From positions 50,716,001 through 50,780,000 of the forward strand of contig NC_043013.1 in NCBI RefSeq assembly GCF_006345805.1: a stretch of 64,000 nt of DNA. The letters are read 5' to 3'. Below, in pieces: positions 38,463-51,181 of this stretch. The notes under the pieces were generated by a model. That model was given only the letters and a program-made list of their open reading frames with translations. It was not told the DNA's origin and ran no database searches. Position 1 is the first letter of the stretch, and the number at the start of each line of letters is the position of its first letter. Position numbers and translations under genes: made by a program. Source of the DNA: Octopus sinensis (Eukaryota).

Positions 38463-38998
38463 ACGATGGGCTTCTTTCAGTTTCCACCTACCAAATCCAC
38501 TCACAAGGCTTTGGTTGTCCCAAGGCTATAGTAGAAGACACTTGAGTGGGACTGAACCCGGAGCCATGTGGTTGGTAAGCAAGCTACTTACCACACAGCC
38601 ACTCCTGTTAATAAATAACATGTCACTTCATTACAGGAGCCATGTTGATCAAATCTCATTTCTCTTTCTCTCTTATTCTCTCTTTGCCATTCTTATCTTC
38701 TCTTTCTTTTCAATCTCTCTGTCTCTTGTCTTATTCCTATCTTTCTCTCTCATCTTCTTATATAAGATGGTGGGGGACAAAAACCTATACACACACTCAC
38801 TCACACACACACATACTCACACACACACACACTCACACACACACATATACGATGGGCTTCTTTCAGTTTCCATCTACCAAATCCACTCACAAGGCTTTGG
38901 CCGGCCCATGGCTATAGTAGAAGACACTTGCCCAAGATTCCACAGAGTGAGACTGAACCTGGAACCATGTAGTTAGGAAGCATTCTTCTTACCACACG
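37905..38998 (-). mobile_element. Split and nested SINE family A pieces with a palindromic insert (38262-38420) in the microsatellite
   Basis: Tail 37905-38100, heads 38462-38590 and 38845-38998; ~60-bp inverted arms aacattattttatataata...tattatataaaataatgtt. Confidence 0.75.
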
Positions 38999-39130
38999 GT
39001 GAATCCTGTATATGATATTGATGATATTGTTATTGATGATGATATTGACAATGATTATCATCATCTTCATTTGACTTCTTTTTCCATCCTGGCATGGGTT
39101 GGACAGTTTAACAGGAGCTGTACCTGGATC

Positions 39131-39844
39131 GGGGCTAATGCAGTTTCGTACCACTCCTTGAAAAATGCCTTTATTTTTAAAAAAATTTTCGGCTTCCTTC
39201 GTTTTAGATGTCGGAGATTACAAATACACAAAAAAAAATTTTTTTTAACCCAACTCCCCTCCCCCTACCACCACTCCCTCCTCCACCACCACTACGTTTT
39301 CAAAATTTTAAATTCAATAAGCATATAGATATGTGTATAAAGAAATAGATAAACATGAATGCTTTTCTGGGGCTAAAAACAACAGTAACATCGTCCTCTA
39401 TAGGACCGCCACATTTAGTTGACAAATATGTTTTATGAATAAATGGACATGGATAAATAGACAGACAGACAAATAAATAAATGGATGAAAAATTTCAAAA
39501 TTTAAAATTGGGGGGGGGGAGTGAAATTTGAGCCCCTTATTAAACTTTATAACATTAATTATCAAACATTAATGTTTGTTTCTCATAAAATAGAGCATAT
39601 TTAATTTACATTAAATTATTATTTACACGAGTAAAACGCAAATTTTTTTCACTTTAATGTTTTTGTTTGGATTTAATTTTGATTTGCTTATGTTTGTCAG
39701 TTCGCTACGATCTCTTTCAAGTAAACAAAATCAAAAATTTTAATTGGGTGGCGGTGGGGTGGCTAAATTAAAAAAAAAAAAAAATTTTCTAAAAAACTGC
39801 ATGTTTCAAGGAGAGGTGTGAAACTGCATTAGCCGCACCCCCCC
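39131..39844. mobile_element. 714-bp MITE (MULE/Merlin-like) inserted into an RTE-tail element
   Basis: ~38-bp imperfect TIRs (ggctaatgcagtttc...ccttgaaa) and a 9-bp TSD acctggatc (39122-39130) / acctggttc (39845-39853). Confidence 0.7.
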
Positions 39845-40139
39845 ACCTGGTTCTCTTGTGTGTTTTGGCATGGTTTCAGCAACTGGACATCCTTTCTAAT
39901 GCCAACCACTTTACGGAGTGTACTGGGTGATTTTTACGTGGTACCAGCACCAACAGAATTCCCAGGTACCTCGCTGATGATGCTGGTAGGAATCATCACA
40001 CTAACTGTGGTGTATTCCAAAAGTTCTCCCTCTTTCCAAAACGACCAATATTTTGGCCATCATTCACATCTAAGGAAACCATCAAACCGTTATATCGTAG
40101 AACTTGCAATAACTTTTAATGTCTGTGGAATTGTCCCAT

Positions 40140-40590
40140 ACACCTTTGCAGATACCCACTCTTTCATTCTTTCTTTCATTCTTTCCTGCTTTCTTTCTTT
40201 TTTTCTTTCTTTCTATTTTTATACTGCAACCATTTAATTTGTATATCTTCTTCTTCTTCTTCTTCTTCTTCTTCTCCTCCTTCTTCTTCTTCTCATTCTT
40301 CTCTTCTTCTTCTTCCCTTCTTCTTCCCTTCTTCTTCTTCTTCTTCTTCTTCTTCCCTTTTGTTGTTGTTGTTGTTGTTCTTCTTCTTCTTCTTCTTCTT
40401 CCCTTTTGTTGTTGATGTTGTTGTTGTTGCTCTTCCCTTTTGTTGTTGTTGTTGTTGTTGTTCTTCTTCTTCTTCTTCTTCTTCTTCTTCTTCTCCTTCT
40501 CCTCCTTCACCTCACCTCATCTCCCTCATCATTATTTACGATCCTTCTCTCTCTCTTTTAATTTCTTCTTCTTTTTCCTCCTCCTTCTCC
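40140..40590. repeat. (TTC)n/(TTG)n compound microsatellite
   Basis: Direct inspection. Confidence 0.95.
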
Positions 40591-41189
40591 GCTCCCCTAT
40601 TTCAATTGTGCATCACATACATGCGAAGGGAGTTTCCTCGCCAACTGTCATTTTTTTCGACTTCTCTGCAGTCTGAGACTAAACTGCCAGGTCCCAAGTG
40701 ACTTGCGGTTATTCAACGCCGTTAATCTGCTACTCTTGAAAAGAATGCCATTTTAGGCACAACGGGCTTATGTAAATGCATGTGTGTCTGTGTGTGCACT
40801 TACCAGCATGTCAACATATATATGTGTCTGTATGTTTGTGTGTGTGTGTGTGTATTTGCATGTGACTTTCTTTCCCCATTCCATCCCTGCCCCACCCTGG
40901 AGACTTCTTGTGATTTGATACATTGCGATAAAATGTTTCAAAATAGTTTCGATACTGTTACAATTTCTTAAAAATCTATTCACCAAGAACGTGAGTGACA
41001 GGGGGCAGCATTTTGGAAATATATTTTGCATATACGCACACGCATAAACACGCGCACGCACAAACAGACATACCCTTGCACAGATAGACACATACACATA
41101 CGCACATGCACAGTCTTGTAGTTGCATGTATGGAGGCAGAAATGTGTGTGAGTATGCATACGTATGTATATTATATATATATATATAGG

Positions 41190-41522
41190 TAAAGACCCCC
41201 TTCGGTCATGAATGACCATGGGATTGCACCTAGAAAGTTACCCTCCTAGACACAAGTCTGGGCAAGGTTGTTTTTATGGAAGGCCAGCAGTCGCCCATGC
41301 ATACCAGCCTCCCCTCTCCACGCCACCAGTGTTATCCAAGGGAAAGGCAAAAGGGGCCGATACAGCTTGGCACCTGTGACGTCGCAACTCATTTCTACAG
41401 CTGAGTGAACTGGAGCAACGTGAAATAAAGTGCCTTGCTCGAGAACACAACACGCAGCCGGGTCTGGGATTCGAGCTCACAACCTCACGATCGTAAGCTC
41501 GACGCTCTAACCACTGAGCCAT
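41190..41522 (-). mobile_element. tRNA-derived SINE family D with V/CORE-like domain, full length
   Basis: atggctcagtggttagagcg...gagctcgaatccc...gagcaaggcactttatttcacgttgctccag; tail gaccgaaggggtctttacc. Confidence 0.85.
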
Positions 41523-41704
41523 ATATATATATATTTAATATAGAAATATAGATTAGTAAGATAGAATATATAGATTAAACTTAATTTTTACCTCTATGTT
41601 TGTATTGAAGTATGAATATAGACATTTATATACATATTTATTTATATGTGTTTGTGTGTGTATGTATATATGTGTATAAGTTTATATACGTGTATATATA
41701 TCTC

Positions 41705-42102
41705 TTTACTCTCTTTACTCCTTTACTTGTTTCAGTTATTTTACTGCGGCCATGCTGGAGCACCGCCTTTAGTCGATCAAATCGACCCCGGGACTTATTC
41801 TTTGTAAGCCCAGTACTTATTCTATCGGTCTCTTTTGCCGAACCGCTAAGTGACGGGGACGTAAACACACCAGCATCGGTTGTTAAGCAATGCTAGGGGG
41901 ACAAACACACATACACATATATATATATATACATATATACGACAGGCTTCTTTCAGTTTCCGTCTACCAAATCCACTCACAAGGCATTGGTCGGCCCGGG
42001 GCTATAGCAGAAGACACTTGCCCAAGATGCCACGCAGTGGGACTGAACCCAGAACCATGTGGTTGGTTAGCAAGCTACTTACCACACAGCCACTCCTGCG
42101 CC
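41705..42102 (-). mobile_element. SINE family A, full length (further full copies at 43017-43460 +, 44700-45105 -, 56077-56497 +)
   Basis: Complete head, microsatellite and tail. Confidence 0.92.
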
Positions 42103-42269
42103 TATGTATATGTATATGTATACACATTTATTTATGTGTGTGTGTATGGGTGTGTGTATATATGCGTATGTGTATGTATGTATGTGTATGCATGTATGTA
42201 CATATATATATATAAATATATGTATGTATATTTATATATATATGTATACGCATGTATAGTTATACCTCA

Positions 42270-42540
42270 AATTTGATAAGTATTAGAGATTTTGGTTATG
42301 ATTACTAGTTTTAGATTATAATTATGAGTATATGGGAAAGAATTTAATAGTAAGTAGAGGGGTTACTATTAAAATTTTTTTTATATATTTATTAATCTTA
42401 TAAGATTTTTAGAGTATATATAATAATTAGTGGTTTTTAATTATTTAATTTATTCTGTATTAAGTATTATTTATGATAGTTATTTTATTAATAAATCTTA
42501 TAGTATAGAGTGATTCTATTCTTTATTTGTGACTTCATTC
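42270..42540 (+). pseudogene. Possible decayed NUMT (nad4-like N-terminal region)
   Basis: Strongly T/G-rich and C-poor. In the invertebrate mitochondrial code it gives hydrophobic stretches SFWLWLLVL...YMGKNL...IFSVYMMISGF...FMMVILLMNLMV with frameshifts. Confidence 0.4.
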
Positions 42541-43191
42541 TATTTACATTTATTGATAAACTATGACTGTTCCCATTCACAATCTTCATTGATAAAGCGT
42601 ATTTGTTCCTCATGCTTAATGAATTCTTCAACAATTTATTCTTATGGGGGCTTTTGCCAGATCCTCAGGTCAACCTCAACCATATGAATGAAACTAAGTC
42701 GAAGGAAATTGTACAGAAGCCTATGAAATGGGTTGGTGATGTAATTCAAAGAGCCAAACATATCCTGCTGATTCCATCTGACAGTTATCCTAAGGCTATA
42801 TGTGTCTGTGGGACACTTAGGTGTTTTGGTCAACAGGACAACCGAATATTCCTCATAGAACTGACAGAGATCCTTATACATCTACTATTTATTCTTCCTC
42901 TAAAAACTATTTGGAAGATGATAGATTCCATCTGACTGACCTGCCCCAGGTAGGAGTAAATGTGATCATATGTGATGCACTTACAACTCATGAGGTTATG
43001 GCAATATTTCTCAAAAGGTGCAGGAGTGGCTGTGTGGTAAGTAGCTTGCTTACCAGCCACATGTTTCCGGGTTCAGTTCCACTGCGTGGCACCTTGGGAA
43101 AGTGTCTTTTACTATAGCCTCTGGCCTACCAAAGTCTTGTGAGTGGATTTGGTAGACGGAAACTGAAAGAAGCCTGTCGTATATATGTGTA

Positions 43192-43256
<65 letters not shown>

Positions 43257-45971
43257 GTGTCTGTGTTTGTCCCTCCAACATCGCTTGACAACTGATGCTG
43301 GTGTGTTTGTGTCCCCATAACTTAGCGGTTCGGCAAAAGATACTGATAGAATAAGTACTAGGCTTATAAAGAATAAGTCCTGGGGTTGATTTGCTCGACT
43401 AAAGGTGTGCTCCAGCATGGCCGCAGTCAAAAGACTGAAACAAGTAAAATAGTAAAGAGTAAAGTTGGCACTCCCTCTGATAATGTATTATGTTTTCAAA
43501 CACAGCACATTTATGAGATTTTATCTCAGAGAAAAACTACTGTATCTTACCTGTCAGCAGTGTATATGCATTGAGTATGATACAGAGATGGTTATTTTAA
43601 ACAAAATAGTATGTTGAGAAGTGGTAAATAACATTTGTTGTTTGTCTTTGATCTTTTACTTGTTTCAGTTTCTAAAGTGTGGCCCTGCTAGAGCACCTCA
43701 TTGAAGGGATTTTTGTCAAACAAATCAACATCAGTACTTATGGTTTTTTCTTAAGTCTGGTATTTATTCTGTCAGTCCCACTTGCCAAACTGCTAAGTAG
43801 CTGGGACAAGCAACAAAGGAAATATCAAATGATACATTGACTGATGTTGCAAATATCTGACAGGCTGAATATAAACTCAGTATATGCAACTGAAGTAGCA
43901 CTAAATTAAAATAGTCATCTGTGTATCATACTGAATGTCTATACATCATTGACAGGTAAGACACTGCAGTATTTGTTCAAGATAAAATATTTCCTAGATG
44001 TGCAGTGTTAGAAACAATAAATATTGGAAGGAGAGATAAAAAATCGTCTTGGCAACAGCTGTTGAGAGTGCCAGGTGTATTTCAACCTTCCTGGACTTAG
44101 TCAACGAGTTGCACTTTCAGGTACATGCCTAAACAAAATCCTGATATGGAATGATTTTTTTTCATCTCCTTCTGATACATATTGTGTTTTTAAATACAGC
44201 ACATCTATAAGAGATTTTATCTCAGATAAAAACCACAGCATCTTGCCTGCCAAGGTGTATATACATGAAATAAGTGATATTTATAGGTGGCTATTTTTCA
44301 TTTAATACTAATTGAATTACATACCTGGTAATTTATATTTGTTTTATATCAATACATTTTTTATAAACAAACACACACCTGCACATGCATGCATGCACAC
44401 ACACACACACATCCATACGCACAGACCAAGGATCAAATCTCAGAGAGATGAAAGCAGACCCTGGAGAGAGTCGGGAGTCACAGGCCACTGAAAAGACTGC
44501 AAACAGCAACAAAAGGAGTTTGGCAAAGAAGCAATCAAACAAATGATTGTTTAACTGACACATTAAGCAAGCAGTTGATTAGTTAGTTGTTTAGATATTT
44601 AACCAATTGACTAACAATAAAGAAGTGGAGTTGAACCTGTGCATGTGTTATTATTGGCATAATGACACTCCCAAGACACAACAAAACATTATTCTTTTAC
44701 ACTTTTACTTGTTTCAGTCATTTGAATGCGGTCATACTGGAGCACCACCTTTAGTCAAATAAAATCGACCCCAGGACTTATTCTTTGTAAGCCTAGTACT
44801 TATTCTATCGGTCTCTTTTTGCCTAACCGCTAAGTGACAGGGATGTAGACACACCAGCAGCGGTTATCAAGCGATGGTGGGGGGGACAAACACAGACACA
44901 AACAACAAACACATACATACATATATGTACATATACATATATATATGACCGGCTTCATTCAGTTTCTATCTACCAGATCCGCTCACAAGGCTTTGGTCGG
45001 CCCGAGGCTATAGCAGAAGACACTTGTCCAAGGTGCCACGCAGTAAGATTGAACCCAGAACCAAGTGGTTGGGAAGCGAGCTTCTTACCACACAGCCACT
45101 CCAGTGCCTATTGATGACTATTTTTCATTTAGTACTTCTTCAAATGCTTACTTTGTATTTTATGTTTGTTCTCTACGAATATATTCTTTCACTAAAACAA
45201 TTTTTCTTTCATTCGATATTTAACTAAAATCATGGTGGCACGAAGGATGGTGGTTGTCTGTAAAATAAAGATATGACTTGCACTCTTTAAGGCCAATCTC
45301 ATAAGGTTTCTATGACAATTATAAGCTTGTAAAAAAAACTAGGTTACCGGATTGAACACATCTATGTTTATAGATGGCACTGATATGGTGAAATACATAT
45401 AAATAATGTAGATATATCTAAGGAATACAACTTCAATATAACCATTGTCAGCTAAATGCTGTTGTTTACTCCCACAGCTCTGGAAATGCATACTGGTTGT
45501 CACTGGTTTGTTATGTAATTGCAGACTGTTTGCTGCAATACATAAGGGAATCTCTTGGTTGCCATTCAACACATGTTCTACTCCATTAGTTAATGTATGC
45601 AAGCATTTGACAAATATAACCGTATTGTAGATAATTTCTGACTTTGGTTAACTTGTCTGGCCTAAGCACTTTGAAGCTGAACTAAAGAACAATTCTCTGA
45701 GAAAATTATTTTACAATACACATGACAGCATGCATACAAATCTCTCTCTCTCTCTTTCCCAATTTTCCAATTTCCCTCTCTCTCTCTCCCTCTCTCTTTC
45801 TTTCCCAATCTCACTCTCTTTCTCTCTCTTTCTACAAGAATGTCTGTTCCATTTTAATGTTTATACCCTAATCTGCTTCGTTTGTTATAAGTGTTCCTAA
45901 AATGATTTATATATGTATATATATATGTGTGTGTGTGTGTGTGCATATATATATATATAATTATATATATA

Positions 45972-47200
45972 CAGGGGTTGGACAAAATAATGTAAACACC
46001 TTAAAATTTCAAACAATTTTATTTTAATAAGGGGTAGAACCACCTTTGGCAGTAATTACAGCTTGAATTCTATGAGGTATGAACTTGTACAAAGTTTGAA
46101 TTATTTCCAAAGGTATTTTTGTCCATTCTTCAGCTAAAACAGTCTCCAGTTCTTGTAGTGATGATGGTGGAGGATATAGACTCCTTACTAGTTTTTTCTA
46201 AAATGCAGCATAAATGTTCAATAATATTGAGATCTGGGGACTGTGGTGGCCAGATAAGATGTTCAGCTTCACTAGAATGTTTCTCGTGCCATTCAGTAAC
46301 AACCTTAGTTGTGTGAATTGGTGCATTATCATCCCGAAAGATTGCGTTTCCCTCCGGAAGCAGTTCCGCAACCATAGGATGAATTTGATCAGATAAAATG
46401 CTTAAATAGTCTTGACTATTCATTCTGCCATGAAGGGAAAACATTGGGCTGGCGGATTTCCAAGATACAGCCCCCACCCCAGATCATCACAGATCCTCCT
46501 TCATGTTTAACAGTTGGAAGAAGGCAGTCTGGGTCAAATGCTTCTTTTGGCTGTCTCCACATGTATACTTGGCCAGTGGTCGGAAATAATAATATTCTTC
46601 CACTGCTCTAGGGACCAATTCTAAACACTTTGCAATGTTTGATTTTGAAAGTAGTGGTTTTCTGATTGCAGCCCTCCCGTGAAATCTGGCTTTCTGCAGC
46701 TCCCAGCAAAGAATTTTTGTGGGAACTGGTTCTCGAAGTGGTCATTAAGCTCTGCAGTAATTGTGGGAGCTGTACTTTTGTGATCCTTTCTAACAATTTG
46801 CGTAAGAGTCCAATGGTCCCTATCTGAAAGTTTTAGTCTTCTTCCAGAGTTTTGTTTTAAAGAGTTGGTTTTTCCCTCTTTCTTAAAGACTCATTACTTT
46901 CGAGACAGTATTTCTTGATACACCAAACATTTCGGCTGTTTTCATTACGCCCGCACCTGCTATATGAGTACCAACAATTTTACCACTTTGAAAGTCCGAT
47001 AGATGTGTCATTTTAATGAATTTTAATTACATTTTTCTGATGATATCTGAAAAGAAACAGCAATTTTAACAGAACATATTAAGAAACACTAATAATAAAT
47101 CAAAAAACGTAAAAGTAAACAAACTTTTGACGGTTTTATAGATATTTCAAAATTTTGATGCTATGATACTAGGTGTTTCCATTATTGTGTCCAACCCTTG
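45972..47200 (-). mobile_element. Tc1-family DNA transposon (DD36E type), 1229 bp, defective
   Basis: ~30-bp TIRs CAGGGGTTGGACAAAATAATGTAAACACCT / CAAGGGTTGGACACAATAATGGAAACACCT, with TA on both sides. Confidence 0.95.
46024..47011 (-). pseudogene. Tc1 transposase pseudogene
   Basis: MTHLSDFQSGKIVG... HTH start, PTVKHEGGSVMIWG, DDNAPIH...WPPQSPDLNIIE (36 residues between D and E), end AKGGSTPY*. Frameshifted, and the first catalytic D motif appears deleted. Confidence 0.92.
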
Positions 47201-47703
47201 TATATAGGAATAATGGAAAATAGAGAGAAACTCACAAGATGTTATTTAAATCATTTATATAGACACGGTTGTGTGGTAAGAAGCTCGCTTCCCAATCACA
47301 CACATGGTTCTGGGATGATGATGATGGAGATAAAGATGATGATGAATATGAGAATGATGGTGAGGATGATGATTGATGATGAATGATGAGAATGACGATG
47401 ATGATTGATGATGTTGATGATGAGGATGCTGAGGATGGTGACAATGTTGATGATGACAATGACAATGATGATGATAATGATGATGACAATAACGAAGATG
47501 AGGATGATTATGATGATGATGGTGGTGATGATAAGTTGATGTCCGTTGGTTTGTGTTAAGTATGTTTCTAACCACTGGAAGAATATAAGAGATACTACTA
47601 CCACTTCATGAATTCAGCAGAGAGTATACATCTCTATGTGTAAATATGTGAGTGTCTATGCACATCTATGTGTGCATGTATGTATACACATATATACATA
47701 TAC

Positions 47704-47753
<50 letters not shown>

Positions 47754-47786
47754 ATATAGTGATGCAGATAAATACAATTAGGCATG

Positions 47787-47818
<32 letters not shown>

Positions 47819-47870
47819 AATATACATGCCTATAGATATACAGATGCACATTATATATATATATAATATA

Positions 47871-48127
47871 TAGTCAGAAGAAACACACACACACGTGTGT
47901 GAGTGTATGTATTATATATATGATATAAATATATATTATATATAATTTATATGGTATATATATATATATATATATATAATATACATACATATATATATAT
48001 GCATATATATATTATACAGATAATATATAATTTATAATATATCCAGATGTATATATAAATATATATGTGTATGTATATCTTATTGTCTCTTGGAAAGGTT
48101 GTCATACACACACACTCACACGCACAA

Positions 48128-48158
<31 letters not shown>

Positions 48159-49219
48159 AACACACACATACACAGATGCTGTGTGCGTTTGTGAGAAATT
48201 TAAATTTATCGCGATGAAAATAAAACAACGTGATGACTCGCAACCAACCATTTAATGTGCAATCGAAAAACATTTGTAGTTTTTGTTTATTTGAAATTAC
48301 AGCAATTTATGTATCGACTTGTACACATTTGCTGTCTCTTTCTTCAGTTCAGCCTCTTCCTCTTCCTTCCTGTATATATTCTGAGAAACACGGTAAAACC
48401 ATTCCTTCCCCTTGCAGGTGGAACATCTCTGTTTTGTAGTTTATCCCGAAGCCTTGACAGGCTTACGTTTGATAGAAATAAAACATCTTGACTAGATGCA
48501 CCGAATTTCATTGTAGAATACAATATCGGAATGTTCCTATTAGGGTTTTTTGGAAGATCAATACTATCTTGATTCGTCGTCATCACTATCTTCATTATTG
48601 TCGTCGTCATCAGCACTGTCGTCGACATCTTTGGAGTCTTCCTCCTTGTTCTCCTCTTTTTAAATGCTCAGAGCAATAGTTATGGATATATATTTTTAGA
48701 TTTATATATATATATATATATATGTATATGTATGTATATATATATGTATATGTATGTATATATATATGTATGTATATGTATATATATATATATGTGTGTA
48801 CATATATATATATATGTGTGTGTGTGTATGTATATATATGTATGTATGTATATATACATGTATATATATATATGTATATATATGTGTGTATGTATATATA
48901 TGTATGTATGTATATATACATGTATATATATATGTATATGTATGTATGTATGTATGTATACATATATATATGTATGTATATATATGTGTATGTATATATA
49001 TATGTGTGTAATGTATATATTATATCATGTATGTTTATATATATATATATATATCTATATATATATATATATGCATATATATAATAATGCTATATATATA
49101 TATATATAATACGTATGTATATGTATGTATAATATATATATATATATAGTCAGAAGAAACACACACACACGTGTGTGAGTTATGTATTATATATATATAT
49201 AATATATATTTTTATATTA

Positions 49220-49258
<39 letters not shown>

Positions 49259-50389
49259 CATATATATATATATGCATATATATATATACAGATAATATAT
49301 AATTTATAATATATCCAGATGTATATATAATATATATGTGTATGTATATCTCTTGGAAAGGTTGTCATACACACACACTCACACGCACAACACACACACA
49401 CACCACACACACAACACACTCACAAACACACACATACACAGATGCTGTGTGCGTTTGTGAGAAATTTAAATATTCGCGATGAAAATAAAACAACGTGATG
49501 ACTCGCACCAACCATTTAATGTGCAATCGAAAAACATTTGTAGTTTTTGTTTATTTGAAATTACAGCAATTTATGTATCGACTTGTACACATTTGCTGTC
49601 TCTTTCTTCAGTTCAGCCTCTTCCTCTTCCTTCCTGTATATATTCTGAGAAACACGGTAAAACCATTCCTTCCCCTTGCAGGTGGAACATCTCTGTTTTG
49701 TAGTTTATCCCGAAGCCTTGACAGGCTTACGTTTGATAGAAATAAAACATCTTGACTAGATGCACCGAATTTCATTGTAGAATACAATATCGGAATGTTC
49801 CTATTAGGGTTTTTTTTTGAAGATCAATACTATCTTGATTCGTCGTCATCACTATCTTCATTATTGTCGTCGTCATCAGCACTGTCGTCGACATCTTTGG
49901 AGTCTTCCTCCTTGTTCTCCTCTTTTAAATGCTCAGAGCAATAGTTATGGATATATATTTTTTAGATTAATATATATATTATATATATATGTATATGTAT
50001 GTATATATAATGTATATGTATGTATATATATATGTATGTATATGTATATATATATAATGTGTGTACATATATATATATATGTGTGTGTGTGTATGTATAT
50101 ATATGTATGTATGTATATATACATTTATATATATATATGTATATATATGTTGTGTATGTATATATATGTATGTATGTATATATACATGTATATATATATG
50201 TATATGTATGTATGTATGTATGTATACATATATATATGTATGTATATATATGTGTATGTATATATATATATGTTTGTATGTATATTATAATGTATGTGTG
50301 TATATATGTAATATATATATATATATATATATATTGTCATATATATACATGCATATATATAATATATATCTATACGTATGTTATGTATG

Positions 50390-50400
<11 letters not shown>
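47871..50400. repeat. Two-copy tandem duplication, unit ~1276 bp, including a ~550-bp unique segment and TA microsatellites
   Basis: tagtcagaagaaacac at 47871 and 49147; 48170-48700 repeats at about 49430-49960 with small indels. Confidence 0.92.
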
Positions 50401-50426
<26 letters not shown>

Positions 50427-50546
50427 GTATATGTATGTATAAATATATATATTTATATATATATATACATACGTATGTATATGTATGTATAAATATATAT
50501 ATATATATATAGATAAGAAAGTTTGTTTGGTAAAGCACGTGGGTGA

Positions 50547-51181
50547 ATATATAAGAAAATAGTAAAGTGTGAAAAAACGACAGAAGGCTTAAATGTTAAA
50601 AAATATATATATTTGTGTCAAAATGTCTGGAGAATATTGGAAAAATTCTTTTTTTTTTTTTTTTTTTTTTTTCCCTTTCCTTAAAATGACATAATTTAAA
50701 AATTTTTTAAAGAAATTACCGGTTTCGCGTGTAGCTTTTCAAATTTCTTGTGACGTTATGTTTATATTGCATGGAATTATCGTTGTTTTTATTTCCAGGA
50801 GATTTCTAAATAAGGGGAGGTAGTGAGTGATTTTTTCCGGTGTAGGGGAGATAATCGCTTAAAAATTTTTTTTTTTTTTTTTTTTTTTTTCCCCTTTTCC
50901 TTGTTAATTTCTCTGTGTCAGTATGTTCGGATGGTTGAGTCTGGGTTTGTACTTTTCAATGAAGAATGTTTCCTTGTTCATTCTCATTTGTATTGATGAT
51001 CCGAAAGCACATTGGTAACATGGGAAGATTAAAAGTGGGCAGTAGTTATGTCATTATGTCATTTTAAGGAAAGGGAAAAAAAAAAAAAAAATTTTTCCAA
51101 TATTCTCCAGACATTTTGACACAAATATATATATATTTTAACATTTAAGCCTTCTGTCGTTTTTTCACACTTTACTATTTT

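Noticed and set aside
40620-40775. CpG-retaining segment with splice-like signals on both strands
   Set aside because: All phase-compatible readings hit stops or give no recognisable peptide; insufficient support.
47636-50538. YI/MYV/HT-rich ORFs here and throughout the track
   Set aside because: Microsatellite translations.
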